A stretch of 63,947 bases of DNA, filler included, from Choristocarpus tenellus KU-1152 (Eukaryota; Protista; Phaeophyceae), in assembly GCA_964200185.2 (NCBI GenBank). It is 12 parts of 12 records of this genome, joined end to end, with 100 filler letters (N's around TTAATTAATTAA, not from the genome) between each part and the next. Parts side by side here need not be neighbours in the genome. Positions count along the whole stretch, not along the records: positions 34,881 to 40,038 come from CAXNAD020011671.1; positions 40,139 to 46,758 come from CAXNAD020007732.1; positions 46,859 to 53,636 come from CAXNAD020007369.1; 9 more parts are not named here. One strand, given 5' to 3'. The first letter of the stretch is position 1. Each line of letters begins with the position of its first letter. The notes beneath the pieces are model-generated. The model was not told the origin of the DNA and ran no database searches. It worked only from the letters and a program-made list of their open reading frames with translations. Positions 39,143 to 52,127 of this stretch are shown in pieces. The position numbers were made by a program, and so were the translations under genes.

Positions 39143-39869
39143 GTTGGGGCGTGGTCAGTTAGTTGACAGGGTACTACTTGAAGTGAATATATTTCCCAGG
39201 GCATAACATGAAGCAATAAAAACCGTAGTTACTCCTAACTAGGTTTGTACTTCATACTTCCAAGTCTGGGGATATCTACTACGCCTTGATTGTACCATAA
39301 TGGTGCTGTTGTGCTTCATCCAATCGGTGCAATCAGACAGATACAAAAAGAAGTGACGGAGAGAATGGGGAACACAACGATAAGGGACTGGGCCATCTAG
39401 GTACACAGCTGTGAGCATCTGGGTACAGGTCTGCTTATGGGTGACCTATTCATGTCTCAAAGCGGAATTGTATTAACGCTCTAATATTTTCTTAGTTCGA
39501 AGCACCCTCTCGACAGTCAGTCCACCCCATTGCGAGTTTGAACTCCACCGAGCACAAGCCATCAAGTTACTGAAGATAACCTGTTTAATCTTTCTGCCTT
39601 TCAACAGTACACACACAATGCATGGGACACTCAATACGCTTCCTCTGAGACTAATAATTATAAAAAACAGAGGGGGGGCCACACACCAGCCCTAAGAACA
39701 AACTATGCACCTACCGAAACCAACATTTTGTACCTCTTCCTTGTTGGGCAATAAACAAAAAACACAAAGTGAACCTTCGCTCTGCTAACAACACACTTCA
39801 AACATCCTGCCGCAAAGATATTCATCAACAGTCACTACATGCACAAGACTGTACAGACAACACCCGAAA

Positions 39870-40038
39870 AAAAGTATCTGTTGGGGGGGGGGTCTACGCC
39901 AGGTTGTCCACTTGGGACATAACCTGGAAATGTGCACTTACACTATCCATCCGACGTATGCAACCAAACCACACAAAATTCGCGACATAAAAAAGTTGGC
40001 CCCAAGTGGACAGCCCCCCCCCCCCCCCCCCCCCCCCC
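39870..40038 (-). mobile_element. MITE family B, nearly full, running into contig end
   Basis: The interior (gcacttacactatccatccgac..caaccaaa..ggccccaagtggacagcc) is the reverse complement of the 45483 copy. Confidence 0.8.
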
Positions 40039-40138
40039 NNNNNNNNNNNNNNNNNNNNNNNNNNNNNNNNNNNNNNNNNNNNTTAATTAATTAANNNNNN
40101 NNNNNNNNNNNNNNNNNNNNNNNNNNNNNNNNNNNNNN

Positions 40139-40174
<36 letters not shown>

Positions 40175-40923
40175 GATTTTTTGTTTTCGTCCTTTTGGCA
40201 ATTTATTTCTGAGTTATTACACACATTTTATGCTGGCATGGGGTGTTTGGGCTGAGGACTTGGAAAAAATGTCGGCATCTTTTGATACGTCTTTGCCTGC
40301 CTGGTGTGCACCCTCCCAACCTATGGAATCTCCTACATTGTTTTTTTTTCTTAAGAGTAGGGGGTTGATACTTTTGGTTGCGTGGGAGCAAGTTGTTTGC
40401 CACCACGTGTGCATCGAAAAGTCGGGCGTTCGTGGGGGTCCCATCTTTTCTTGTTCCGTGGGATGAGAAGTTGGTAAGTGCGATGTTTCCTGCAACTAGA
40501 GATGAAAGGTGCAGTCGGGGATGGGATACTGTCTGCCCATCAAGTGATTTTTTTTTCTTCCTTATTTTCTGCCTGTTTAGTACGGGGACCGTTTGCTACA
40601 GTGGGTGTTGTTGTTTCTGTTCGCCTGATCGTGTTGAAGTTGAAGTTGAAGTTGTTCGATGCTGGTACCTTAACATACACCGCATACATATGTTGCAGCT
40701 AGGTCTAATGCACTTTGAGCAGCAGAAATACTTGGGGTGTTTCAAACAGATGGGACGGTATATCCATGGTCTTGTTCCCAATGCAAGGTTATGATAGTTG
40801 GAGCTTGTTACAGGACTCCATACATACTGTCTCTAGTACCCATTGCTCTACCCCCCCCCCCCCCCCCCCAAAAAAAAAAAAGCTCTAAATTCCCTTATCT
40901 TGTGTACCAAACAAATTGAGCAG

Positions 40924-43147
40924 GAAAGCACTGATGGTGTTCCCGTACGTGTAGACTATGCCCTGTCTTCCCCTGTGGCACGTAGTGCTCCTTTTGGGGC
41001 AATGCTTCTGGTGCTAGAGTGTCGGAGTGGAAGCTACTCTGTTGTGGGCGGCTGGGTGGGAGGGCAAGAGGGGGACTTTTGGGGGGAATCTCCAAAGATG
41101 AGACTGGTGAGTGGATAACGCTCGTGGGAAAGGGGATGTGATTGTGGTTCTGGGGTGTATACAGGGCTTCAGTAGGTGAGGGGGCACTGATTTTTTTTCT
41201 GGGACGTTGAAAGTTTCTGCCAACGAAGGGTCAATGTATGAGATTGGGGGTGCTACTGAGTTTCTTAGCCCCCTCTGATGCGCTCGGTCCACGGCTGTAG
41301 AGTGATTTGAGAGTGATTTGAGAGTGTTTACGTTCAGCTTGGAGAAGCAGGCTGTCCTTATCAGTGCCCTTTTTTTGATGTCTTCATTTTCTCTGAACAA
41401 AATTGATAACACTTTCGAACTCAATACGCCCAAGAGGAACATCTCTCTCTCTCTCTCTCTCTCTCTAAACAGTTACTTTTTTTACTGCTTGTGGGAGGGT
41501 TAGAAGGTTGGTCTGATACGGTATGTTTGTGTTAGGGTTAGGGTTAGGTGTGATGTTAGTTGCTGATGGTATAGTGTACTCCCCGAGGCAGTTTCTTGCA
41601 CAGTCATGCCGTAAGGCTGTCTAGTTCGTTATCACAAGTACATTTCTGGTGTGATTCAATAGCGGTTAGGGTCAGGGTTTTGGAGGTGTTTGTTAGAGTG
41701 TAGCTTCGGCATTGGTGATAGTGGTTGGAAACATACTATACACATGATAGATTTGTTTAGGGTGACACACTGTAGGGCTGATCATCATAGGAGTTTATGT
41801 ATATTCAGCGGATGAATGAGTATTTGGTCGTATGGCTTTTTGGATAACAGTTTTGCTAGGTAAGTACATTTTTTTTTATTTGGCGATTTGCTCCGTGGTC
41901 GATAAGATCATTTACATTCTGAATGTCCCCCGTGTATAGTCGTTTGCGCAAAGCATCAGTGTTTTTTTTACAACTTGATGGGGTCTTGGATGTAGAGATC
42001 GGTTCACAGTGCTTGGAAAGGTGTGGGCAGGGGTAAAAACTAACGATTACGAGCGATATTCATATATATATATATATACTTACATCTGTTCATGCTTTTG
42101 TTTTATGAAATAGTGCTTTCCATTCCCTTTCCTCTCCTTTCTTCTCACCACCACTCGGTATAACTTTCTGTGCTGACCCCAACACATTTCCCCCTTCCAC
42201 TCCCCCTCCCCCACCTCGACTTCCTACGATCGCTCGATCATATGCTCAAGATCTCTGTCCTTCCCCCTCAGGCGGTATCCTCTTCCCTACCCTCTGCGTC
42301 CATGTTCCATCCCCCTCCCCCCTTGGGCTTGGGCTTTCCCACAAATGCTCCTGGCCTGATCCCTAATGCTGCTGCTGCTGCTGCTGCTGTAGCAGAACCC
42401 TCAACCTCTCCTGTTGCTCGTGGTGCTCATACTTGGCCTCGCATGACTGAAGCCGACATGGAGACAGTCCTTCAGGACCTCGCTAGGGCATCTGCTGATT
42501 CAAGTTTTACCCGAGAGGCTTTCACAGTTGCTGAGTTGGAGGAGATATTGACTAGAGCAAGTGACTCTGATAGAGTTCGTTTAAAGGAGTGCTTGGCCAG
42601 ATTGAAGGCTGGTAGTGATGCGAGTGAGGTTGCCAGCACTCGGTTGCCAGCCCTGGAAAAGAAGATAAGTCAACTTGAAGCTGGTGGTGGTGGTGGTGGT
42701 GGTGGTAAGTCTGGAATTTTCAATGATGGCAATGAGCAGTCACTGAAGCCTTCGTGGATACATAAAACCCGGGGACAAGGTAGTTCCATTTCTGTTCGTG
42801 AGGTACTTTCAGGGCCCAGGCAGGCACGACCTGCGGTGGGGAGGACTGCTCCTGGAGACATGACTGGAATGCCAACGGGAGCGGGGGATCCCAGGCCCCA
42901 GGGACGCATAAACCCTGTTGATTACTCTCCTACAGTTAGGCGTGGAGAGCTCAGACAAGTCCAACGAACAGTGAGTCATGCTGGGGCTGACTCTGAGGCC
43001 CCAACCGAAACGGCATCATCTGGGGCAGGGGCGTGGGTTCAGGCAACAGGGAGTGGAGACGTTGCAAACTTGGTGGGAGGTAATGGATCAGAGGAAACAC
43101 TGCGCAGAAGAAGAGTTGGGGGGGAGGGAGAGGGGGGAGGATTGTGA
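40924..43147 (+). CDS. 3' exons of an unknown protein with a low-complexity C-terminus
   Basis: Exon 40924-41106 (CAG|ESTDGVPVRVDYALSS..KMRL|GTGAGT) is in phase with terminal exon 42272-43147 (291 aa, poly-Ala and poly-Gly tracts, helical MTEADMETVLQDL..LEKKISQLE segment). The terminal exon is well supported; the join is inferred. Confidence 0.65.
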
Positions 43148-44635
43148 TTATGTTGTCACATGAAGCTGTTGACAATGGTAATGGCTGGGGGAAAAGGAGG
43201 TTAGGATAGGGGGGCTAGGGTTTGGGGGGGGGGCATGAGGACAACATGTTGTAGCCCATGCCAATAGAGAGGTAGCTGATGGGTAGGAAATACACTTATG
43301 TTGTGAATCAAAGAGGAAGAGGTCATTGATGTTGAATTATCCGACTCCAAACGATTTGGTATCTTGACTGAATCAAAGCATGCCTCCCACATGGCAATGC
43401 AAGACTCACCAAGTGCTGAGCATAATGAGGTGGTTTTGAGAAAATGCCAGGTGCCAGTGAGTAGGCTTGAAGTGGGTTACACAGAGCGCATACTCATAGT
43501 GAAAATAGTTGACTGATCGAAAACGCTGAGGTAGATTTCCTTTTTATTCTTCAATTTAGGCAGTCGATACGATTGAGTTGCCCTGATTCATGGACTACGA
43601 GAATTTTTTGTGGGTTGGCCACCCTTTTTGGTTTCTTCTGCTGGTGCTGGTTGAGTGGGGCGTTGTGTGTAATGTTTTGTATTCAATGAAAAATTGGGGT
43701 CAACTTTTCGAGAGGAACAATCGTTATTCAGAGCCTCAAGATCAAGATTTTTTTTTTTGCCGCCCCCTCCCTCGCAGTTGCTTTCTCCTTCTTCATACTC
43801 TTCTCTTGAAGTACATAAAATAAAGTGTGATACTTTCCAGAGGTGCACTCAGTTGCTCCTGCCATTATCTGTCTTCTTCTATGCTGCTGAAGTGTCTCAT
43901 GTGCCATTCATTGCAGATGGAAATGATTGTTAATTCACCTGTAGGTGTAGGCGGGCAGGAACAGTGTAATAGTGTGATGTAGCAAGCAATCAATTCTCAG
44001 CTCCTTGTGTGCTGATCATGTACGGAAATAAGTGGAAATACCTTCCCTCTCTGTAGTTGTAGCGGGTAGGGAGGAGTAGTCTCAGTATACTTGACGTCCA
44101 AAGATGCTCTGAAGTATCTGTGTGCCTCCCACGACCCCCACCTGAAGGGGGTGGCAGAACATGTTTAGTTGAGGATTGTATTTTTCTCATGGGGGCAGGT
44201 GCTTGGTTGAGAGCGGAGGGAGAAGCTCAAGGGGGGGGAGGGAATATATATATTTGAAAACGAGTGATTTTGACCATGCTTGATACAGGGCATGGCGTGA
44301 GGGGTGACCTGGCCAATGGTTTGTCTATCAGACGCCCGTCTCCCTCATCCCTCCGCATGATTTCTACACAGCCTGTATAGTGTGTGATACTGTTTGTAGA
44401 GCTCAAGTGAGTAAGATGAATAATGAAAAGTTATTCCTGCCCTGATACCACCTTTCTGGTTGCAGCCTGCCCCAATGTTTGACATACGAATTTGGATTAA
44501 TGGTATGATGCGGACAGGATGACAGGGTGTTTAAGTCATTCGTAACAACAAATATATATGTATATATATATGTATACATGTTTCTTGTTGTTGTCTTCAC
44601 TTCACTCTAGGACTTGGACCCAATACCTCGCCCCT

Positions 44636-44790
44636 GAGTGAAAGTATCTTAGAGGGTACGAATTTTGCCCTGTTTGTCCATTTGGGGCTTGGCTTCCCAT
44701 GTTTTTTTTAATGACATTTCACCTACTCCAAAATGTTCGGGAGTAGGTGAAATGTATATTTTATGAAAAGGTGTGTCCGAAACATAGATA
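44636..44790 (+). mobile_element. MITE family A, truncated
   Basis: One TIR plus the central hairpin (16-bp perfect stem at 44714-44755); second half missing. Confidence 0.88.
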
Positions 44791-45482
44791 CTTTTGCATT
44801 AATTGCAGTGTCCCGTCTGTGTCCCGTGCCTTCATTTTTTCTCGTGTATGGGGTTCAATCATCGCACTGGCTTTGTCAGTCCACGTTCTACCTTACACCT
44901 TGTCAGATACTCGCCCGCCTATTATACAATGAGGCCTTGCATCCATGATTTTGATTTTCGGCGTTCACTTTTTTTGTTTAGTGTTAGGTCTGACCTCGAC
45001 TGGGTTTGAACCCACGCATTTCAATGAGAGCAACTGGTAGACTACAGCTCGTTTCATATGAGTGGTTCTCACATTATGAGGGATGGTTTGAAAACTGAAC
45101 TATGAAGAATGCAATCTTTCTTTCCTAGAAAAAATATATATACTTTGTATTCCTTGCGATGTTAGTACGACCTGTGAACCCTATATATCGAATTGGACCA
45201 ATCACTCTAAAAAAGAGTGCTGCATTTTTTTTCAATAGTGATGACTACGAACGGCCTTGACATAAAGATCAGAGAAAACTTGTTTCAAAGTCCCATGTTG
45301 CCTGGTGGTGCTTTCTTGTATTGTTTGGATTGTTGTGAAACAGATAACTTGAGTGTTAAATTTAAAAACATCCAGAACGAAATTTGTCAGTAAGCGCAAC
45401 AATCGATCTCTGACAGTATCCGACTACTTTAGTATCCAAATGAAGCGCAATATTTCTAGCGAGTGTGACACAAAGCCTCATG

Positions 45483-45662
45483 GGCTCAAAGTATCTGGGG
45501 GGTGGGTGGCGGCTGTCCATTTGGGGCCCATTTTTCCATGCTGCAATTTATGGGTGATTTGGTTGTATGTGTCGGATGGATAATGTAAGTGCATTTTTCC
45601 TGATCAGGACCCAAATGGACACCCTGGTGTAGAACCCTCGCCCCCCCCAGATACTTCGAGGC
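45483..45662 (+). mobile_element. MITE family B, full length (180 bp), TSD CATG
   Basis: TIRs GGCTCAAAGTATCTGGGGG / CCCCCAGATACTTCGAGGC, with CATG on both sides. Confidence 0.88.
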
Positions 45663-45706
45663 CATGTTTGCAAACAAATTTCTTACAATAGCATGGTTTC
45701 AGAATA

Positions 45707-45990
45707 ACTGTTTGGACCGGCCATGTACCGTTGCAAACTTCGATGTACTATTTGGACCGGTCATGTACCAGTCATGTACCATCACATACTTCAATATACT
45801 GTTTGGACCGGACATGTACTGACCATGTTCCGTTGCAAACTTCGATGTACTATTTGGACCGGTCATGTACCAGTCATGTACCATCACATACTTCAATATA
45901 CTGTTTGGACCGGACATGTACTGACCATGTTCCGTTGCATACTTCGATGTACTGTTTGGACCAACAATCTGCCGGAAACGCCATGTACCG
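45707..45990. repeat. Tandem repeat, 51-bp monomers arranged as a 102-bp higher-order unit
   Basis: Alternating monomers tactatttggaccggtcatgtaccag.. and tactgtttggaccggacatgtactgac..; the ORF track shows 17/34-aa periodicity. Confidence 0.9.
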
Positions 45991-46087
45991 GCCATGCACC
46001 GTTCCTGTGGATGCTGTCCTGATTCATGACTTCCAGGCACAAATGCTACGTAGTACTTTGGGGTGCTGCAAAAAAATGGTTGAGTAA

Positions 46088-46345
46088 TGGAGGGATGAAG
46101 TCCTATTGCAGACATAGTTGTCAATATGTCGTAGCAAATCATGTTCAACAATCAGATTGTATCAACTAACGGATGGAAGGACTCTCTGTACTTACCAGCA
46201 TGCTAGTGTTGTGGTTGGCATATTGCTGGCATTGACATGTTTAGTAGGGCCTGTTCCTCCCAGGGAAGCCGGCGGTGATCACCTCACACTCTGATCTGTC
46301 TTTTCGGGGGAATATCATTTTAGTGAGTGTACGCATTGCCACAGC
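46088..46345 (-). mobile_element. Old dispersed repeat, copy 2 (see 35857)
   Basis: Collinear with 35857-36130. Confidence 0.55.
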
Positions 46346-46858
46346 TGTTTTGGAATGATGGCAAGGACTCGAGACAATGTCTCTTACTTGATTTGAAGCG
46401 TCAAGTGTCACAAGCGGCCTGCGAAGATTCACCAAGCTGTGGTGTAATGAAATAAATCTACAGTGAAATAATTGAGCAAGTCGCAAAAGGTCGATAAATT
46501 ATTGATCAACTAGTTGATACAGGGTTTTTTGATTGATGAGTGATATCGATTATTCTTCGGTTAAATGAATCGTCAGGAGTCACTAAACATGCTAATGGTT
46601 CCTTCTCTATCTTGCTTCCATTCATGACTAAAACACTACCATTCATTCTATCAATAGGTTCCTTCCACTACTCTTACGTTTTATTTAGTTGAGTGCCCAT
46701 TTTGAGACACCAGACCCTTCGCAGTCCAAGAGCACCGGCTCGTAGTGTCTGGGGGGGGNNNNNNNNNNNNNNNNNNNNNNNNNNNNNNNNNNNNNNNNNN
46801 NNTTAATTAATTAANNNNNNNNNNNNNNNNNNNNNNNNNNNNNNNNNNNNNNNNNNNN

Positions 46859-46899
46859 CCCAAATGGACGCGGCTCTACCCTCTAAGATACTTTGGCTC
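46859..46899 (+). mobile_element. MITE family A terminus at contig start
   Basis: cccaaatggacgcggctctaccctctaagatactttggctc. Confidence 0.85.
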
Positions 46900-47602
46900 A
46901 TACGTCTCAGGAAGGAAGGAAGATAGTGCACTCGCTGTGACTGAGACTGCAGGGGTTTTGAAGAGCAAATAAAATCACTTTTTTTTTTCTTCTTCAAGAG
47001 TCGATTTATGTAGAAAAAGGTGTCTTATTCACAAAAGGTAAGGGTTGCACTACACAAGCGGCGCCTGACAAGGTGGGCCGCCCCATTCATTTGCGTTCAC
47101 CTGAAGTCTCTTGAAGGAGTGAGCTCGCAGCAACTCTCGATCCAGTAGTGTTTTGGTTATACCCAAGGCCATCTGTGTTGGGTGAGACACAGGATAGATA
47201 CTTCGAAAGTGAAGCATAGCTTGGAAGATTGGACTAGAGACACGGTACCCCAAGTGTAACCCAGAACATCCCCTGCACTCACCGTAGTATTGATAAGAAC
47301 TGTTTTAGAAGATGGGTTTTGTACTAACATGATGCTTAAAAGCACAATCTATTCCCTGGGTGACCACTGAAATGAATTCATCTTCTTGTTTTCCTAGGCT
47401 GCTTAATTGCAGGTTGGATTCAACTGGCTCTTAGACTTAATGGAAACTTGCACAGGTAAGGATTTTTTCATCCATGTTTTGATTTGTTCATCTTTTAGTC
47501 GTGTACGCTTACAGGTTGAAAGCCAGCATTAGGAGGCACTCCTTGTCAACATCGCTTTATTGCAGTGATTGCGGAGCATTGCCAACCTCGAGTTCTGTAC
47601 TT

Positions 47603-47859
47603 GAGTGAAATTATCTTAGAGGGTACGAGTTTTGTCCTGTTTGTCCTTTTGGGGCTTGGCTTCCCATGTGTTTTGATGACATTTACATACTCCAAAATGT
47701 TTCGGAGTAGGTAAAATGTATACATCATGAAACGGCGTGTCCGGAACAAAGATATTGACACTCCCTAACAAACACGATAGCCAAAACTACGTCAAAATCG
47801 CAATATTGGATTTTTGCCCCCAAACAGACGCGGCTCTACCCCCTAAGATATTTTGACTC
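47603..47859 (+). mobile_element. MITE family A, full length (257 bp)
   Basis: Both TIRs present; flanks ACTT / CTT (imperfect TSD). Confidence 0.92.
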
Positions 47860-47903
47860 CTTCAAGTGTACTACTTGGAACCCTGTGAAGTCCAATGCTT
47901 TCA

Positions 47904-50900
47904 TCACCTTGAAGATGCCCAAATTAAGAATGTTGCAACTGCAGACCAGTCGCCCTTTGTCAACAACTTTCGGGGCTTGTTTCGCTTCAAGAGATGATAA
48001 TGGTGCCTGTGCTTTAACGCTGAAGGTGCCTCAAAGGCCATGTGCTACACAAGGAAAAAAAAATGTTGTCAATCTCAAACGTGTGTACATTTTTTCACCT
48101 CTCTCTCTGAACAACTAACAAAATCTCTTTAACAATCCCTGCTCCCAATAGCTAACTCCTGCTACACCCTATACAATGATACCTTGACGTCCTTGAAAGG
48201 CACTGCAGCAATGCTCCTCAGGTCCAGAGTAAGAGTCAGTTTTTTTCCTTCATCTGCATCAGTCTTTGTTCATCAACAAGGATGCACAAACAGGACTGTA
48301 GTAAGGATATCCGAGATTCAGGGTCACTGATGGAAAAGTTGAAACGGAAAATACCCAAGCAGTCTCCATCAGCTGTGCTTTTTGCACTGAAGATGTGCGG
48401 GGTGCAAGACATGCAGACTGTAACCTCTGCTCTTGCTGAGGACATTGGCGATAGACAACAGTAAATGCTTGTCGCATTTGCCTTTCCCCTCTGCGGGAAA
48501 ATTCTTACCTCAACCTCTGCTTGCTTCCTGAAGCGTTGAGCTGTCGCGTGCTGACCGCTGCTGTATTTGTATATTGTGCTATAAATGGAACGGAGGAGCT
48601 CTTGTGAAGTGCAGCTTGCATAGTCACATATTCCATCCTGTCCACAGGCCAAACGTGCACTTTGATAAAGACCTCTAAATTGTGTTTTTGAAGACCCTTT
48701 GGATCGAATGATGAAGGGGCAAACTCTGAACAAGAAAGAAAACCTATTGTAACATCCAACCCTATTCTGTCATGAAGATGGTACAAGTGGACATAACACT
48801 CAAGGTGACGCTCCTCTAGAAGTTTCCCACCTCAGTCAAGGCAATCATAGGAAGAAATTTGTAGTATTTGATTAGGAACCTCTGTTTACTACTACAAGCC
48901 AATTCCTTTCACCCTTGATCTCTCCTCTCCCCCTTGCACCTACCACTGGCCGTTTGTTGGGCTTGGCCTTCTTGCAGGTGCTAGCTACGGAGCTAGAAGC
49001 ATCAAGGAATATATTGGTATTGTGAGGACCCTGATTGCTGAAGGTCTTGGTGAGCAGTGAGTTGAACCTGAGACCATGATCAGCGTTACAAGGTCATCAC
49101 AGCCACAAAAATGAGAGAAAGGGGGGTCTCAATGTACTGCACTTGTATATTTTAAGTTGACCAGAAGGATATGAATATCTCAAGAATGTTTGTTGTCCGG
49201 CTGCAGAACATCCCCCTGGAGATGGGTGGGGACCATTTCATACTGAAGGGAAGGGAGTCTTCAATTATCACAAATGAGCTTTTTTAAGGTGAGTGGAAAG
49301 TGCAAAGAGGTCACCACCTACAACCTTCCTTGCAGCTTCTGACTCCCTGGACAAGAGAGGGTGACACAGACCTATGCACATTAAGAGCAAGTGAAATAAG
49401 AAATAGGTTGCTGAGAAGTTCACCTGTTTTTAACGGCATTGTCAGCCCTCCCAGGCAGGAGCTTAGCAATCTCAGACCACCTGTTGCCCTGTTTCATTTG
49501 TCCCTCGCATATCACCCGATCCTCCTGTTCCAAACGTTGGTTGGGTAGACGCGAATTACAGGGTGTGGTATAGCTGTCATCACATAGAGACACCTATCTA
49601 TGAACAACACCAACACTGTTTTTTGGGGGGGAAGGGGGGGGGAGTTGAAGGTGAAGGTGTCCCATCAACATAAGAGTGACATGCAGCTGTTCTTTTGATC
49701 TACGGAAGCAAATGTCACATTTTCCGTTTTTCTTGTATCCTGTTCCTCAGTCATTGTTTGTTTTTTTATTTCTTGATTTATTGTTTATTATTGTTTATTA
49801 TTATCATGCTACCGTTCTGGGCACGACTCCGCTATCTTTGCTATGGAGAGAGGGGTCATACTCATGGCAATAAATCCCTCCCCAGCATGAGTCTCAGGGA
49901 CCTACAGCAGCCGGATGCTTGAGAAAAATGCGGTGAACTGTGAGGAAAGAACAAGAACACAGCTTTTTTGTGTCCATATGAGATACATTTTATTTTCTGC
50001 GGTTCCAGGTAGGATTGGTTGACCCACCTCAGCTGTCCAATCCCCACTCTTCAGTCCAGGGATGAGGTGGTTGAGCCATCGCTCACGGCACTGCTTTGCA
50101 CTTCGTCCAGGAAAATAATCCGCAGAAGTGCACCTTTGTTTGGGAGGAAGGACAAAACTTGAACATAGCTACTGGAAGAGTGGAATGGGAGAGTAGACTG
50201 GAAGAACAGAAGACATGGACAAGAAGTTTTAGTGCTCTGAAGTAGGAACAGCACTAGAAACTACCTTGGGCATACCTTGTAATCCAACCTTTAGTTATTG
50301 TCCCACAAAAATACGCAAGGAAGAAACTGCAAATTTGGCAGAGTAGACAAAGGTGAATTCTCAGTGTTCACCCATAGCACCGACAATCATCTTATTTCTG
50401 TGTCACTCCTGGAGTGCGAAGAGCTAGAAATACATTTTTTGCTGTTTGATGGCAACACAGTTAAGGAACACAGCAAACCACAAAAAATTCAGACAAAGTG
50501 CCAATCAACTAGATTACATTCTCCCACAATCCGAAAATTCTTATTGCTCTTGTTTATTAATAGATATTGACATGACTCCAATGTTGCCTAGGAACATTTG
50601 CTTACAATCTCCCCAACTGGGGGGAGATGGTCCAGTGTGAGCACTCACCCTCCTTAGCGATAAAACTAAACTCACCACCTTTTGCTCCCATATAAAGCAA
50701 CCAGATTCTTCAGGTGCTCGTCTTCCTCTGGAGACCAGGGACCCTTCACAGGGTTGTTCTTGATTACTTCCCATCTGCCATGGGTGTAACCGTAGCTTGG
50801 CTTATCAGTTTTCTGCTGCGCAAGGTGGTATTTCACAAGTCACTCGATAGTTACATGTTTGGCAACTTAACACAGTCCTATCATATTTTTGTAGCACAGC

Positions 50901-52127
50901 CTGCTCATTCGCTAAGCACCTGTATTATCGCTTGTTTCATTTTTATTCCTACCCCATCATCCTCAACCGTGCGATAAATATCAGCTTCATGCTTTACTGA
51001 AACCCATTCCCAATACCTCCTTTCGTTCGACGCCACGTTTTCCAAAATCGTACACTGCATGAAGGACTACGAGCAACCCGCTTCCCAAGAGGGGGACCAC
51101 TACTAGTATTTCCCAAGTTACTTGATAGTTACATGTTTGGCAACATAACATATCTCTACCTTTGAAGACTCCCTCATCTTATGACTGACAAATGATATTG
51201 CAGTACATAATTCAACTGTTTTGTGATATTGGGCTGCCATACCACCTTTTTGCACACACCTTGCCGAGCACTCCTCCGCTGTTACCAGGTCTGTACCTAT
51301 TCGGACGGCAATGAGCTCCCAACTGCCGACTGCACTGTGTACAAGAACAGCCATTCTGACTTCCTCGTCCATTTGCTGCGACCATTTTGGTCTCTTCTAA
51401 GGAAGATGGTCAGGAGGTGTTGATGGTAAATGCGTGCATGTTGTTGGGGTTCATGAAGCGTGACACTGCAGCTCGATTTCCTTGGGCTTGCAACTTGTGA
51501 CATGTAATATCCTGCAGAGAAGATCACCTTTAAAAGTAGTGGAGTGGCTCGTAGGGTCAAGGCTGTCCTCACTATGCCATGAAGATTCTCATAGTGCAGA
51601 TACCTATCATTGAGCGATTTTGTGGTGTCTGCATCGGCGCACACCTTGGGTGGAGACACGCGACATGGTAATAGTGGACAGCTGTCCTGTTGTCGTTGTC
51701 CATCCGCAATGGAGTTAGATATGGCCTCTCTTGCATCATCTACCTCTTGCCGACCTCCAGAGTACCGTTCCCCTGCGACAGCTGCCAATAAGGAGAGTGC
51801 CCCAACCGGTCCCCTCTTCTCTCTGCCTTCGCCCGGTTCGAAAAGTTGCGCTGACCCTGCACCAGGTCTGCATCCACACCGTTGTTGGTCATATGCCAAG
51901 GCTGAAACCTGATGAGATTGTGCACCCGTTTCATTTTGAGAAGAATCCGCCCCGGTGACGGTAGAAGTATCAGACTGTGCATGGGGTCCACGGAGATCAG
52001 CATTTCTTTCCGTGCTGCCCCGATCGTCGATTGGTTGCTGGACTTCTGGTGACGTGTCTTCATCAATACCTGGTCCAAATCCCATACCAGAGTTCAGTCC
52101 TGCCTCGGAAGTAATACCCTCCCCCAT
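47904..52127 (-). CDS. Three-repeat (R1R2R3-type) Myb transcription factor
   Basis: Phase-consistent GT-AG exons: 52127-51645, 51396-51260 ([24 protein letters not shown]), 50774-50676 ([33 protein letters not shown]), 50133-50028 ([21 protein letters not shown]), 49524-49424 ([27 protein letters not shown]) and 49067-48940 (FNS..). Less certain exons: 48725-48509, 48386-48355, 48253-48183 and 48044-47904. Confidence 0.9.

Noticed and set aside
44985-45050. tRNA gene (B-box-like GGTTCAAACCC on the minus strand; similar near 23160-23230)
   Set aside because: No cloverleaf can be built; at best a SINE remnant.
48282-48464. Plus-strand exon-like ORF
   Set aside because: It lacks a GT donor and overlaps phase-consistent minus-strand Myb exons.
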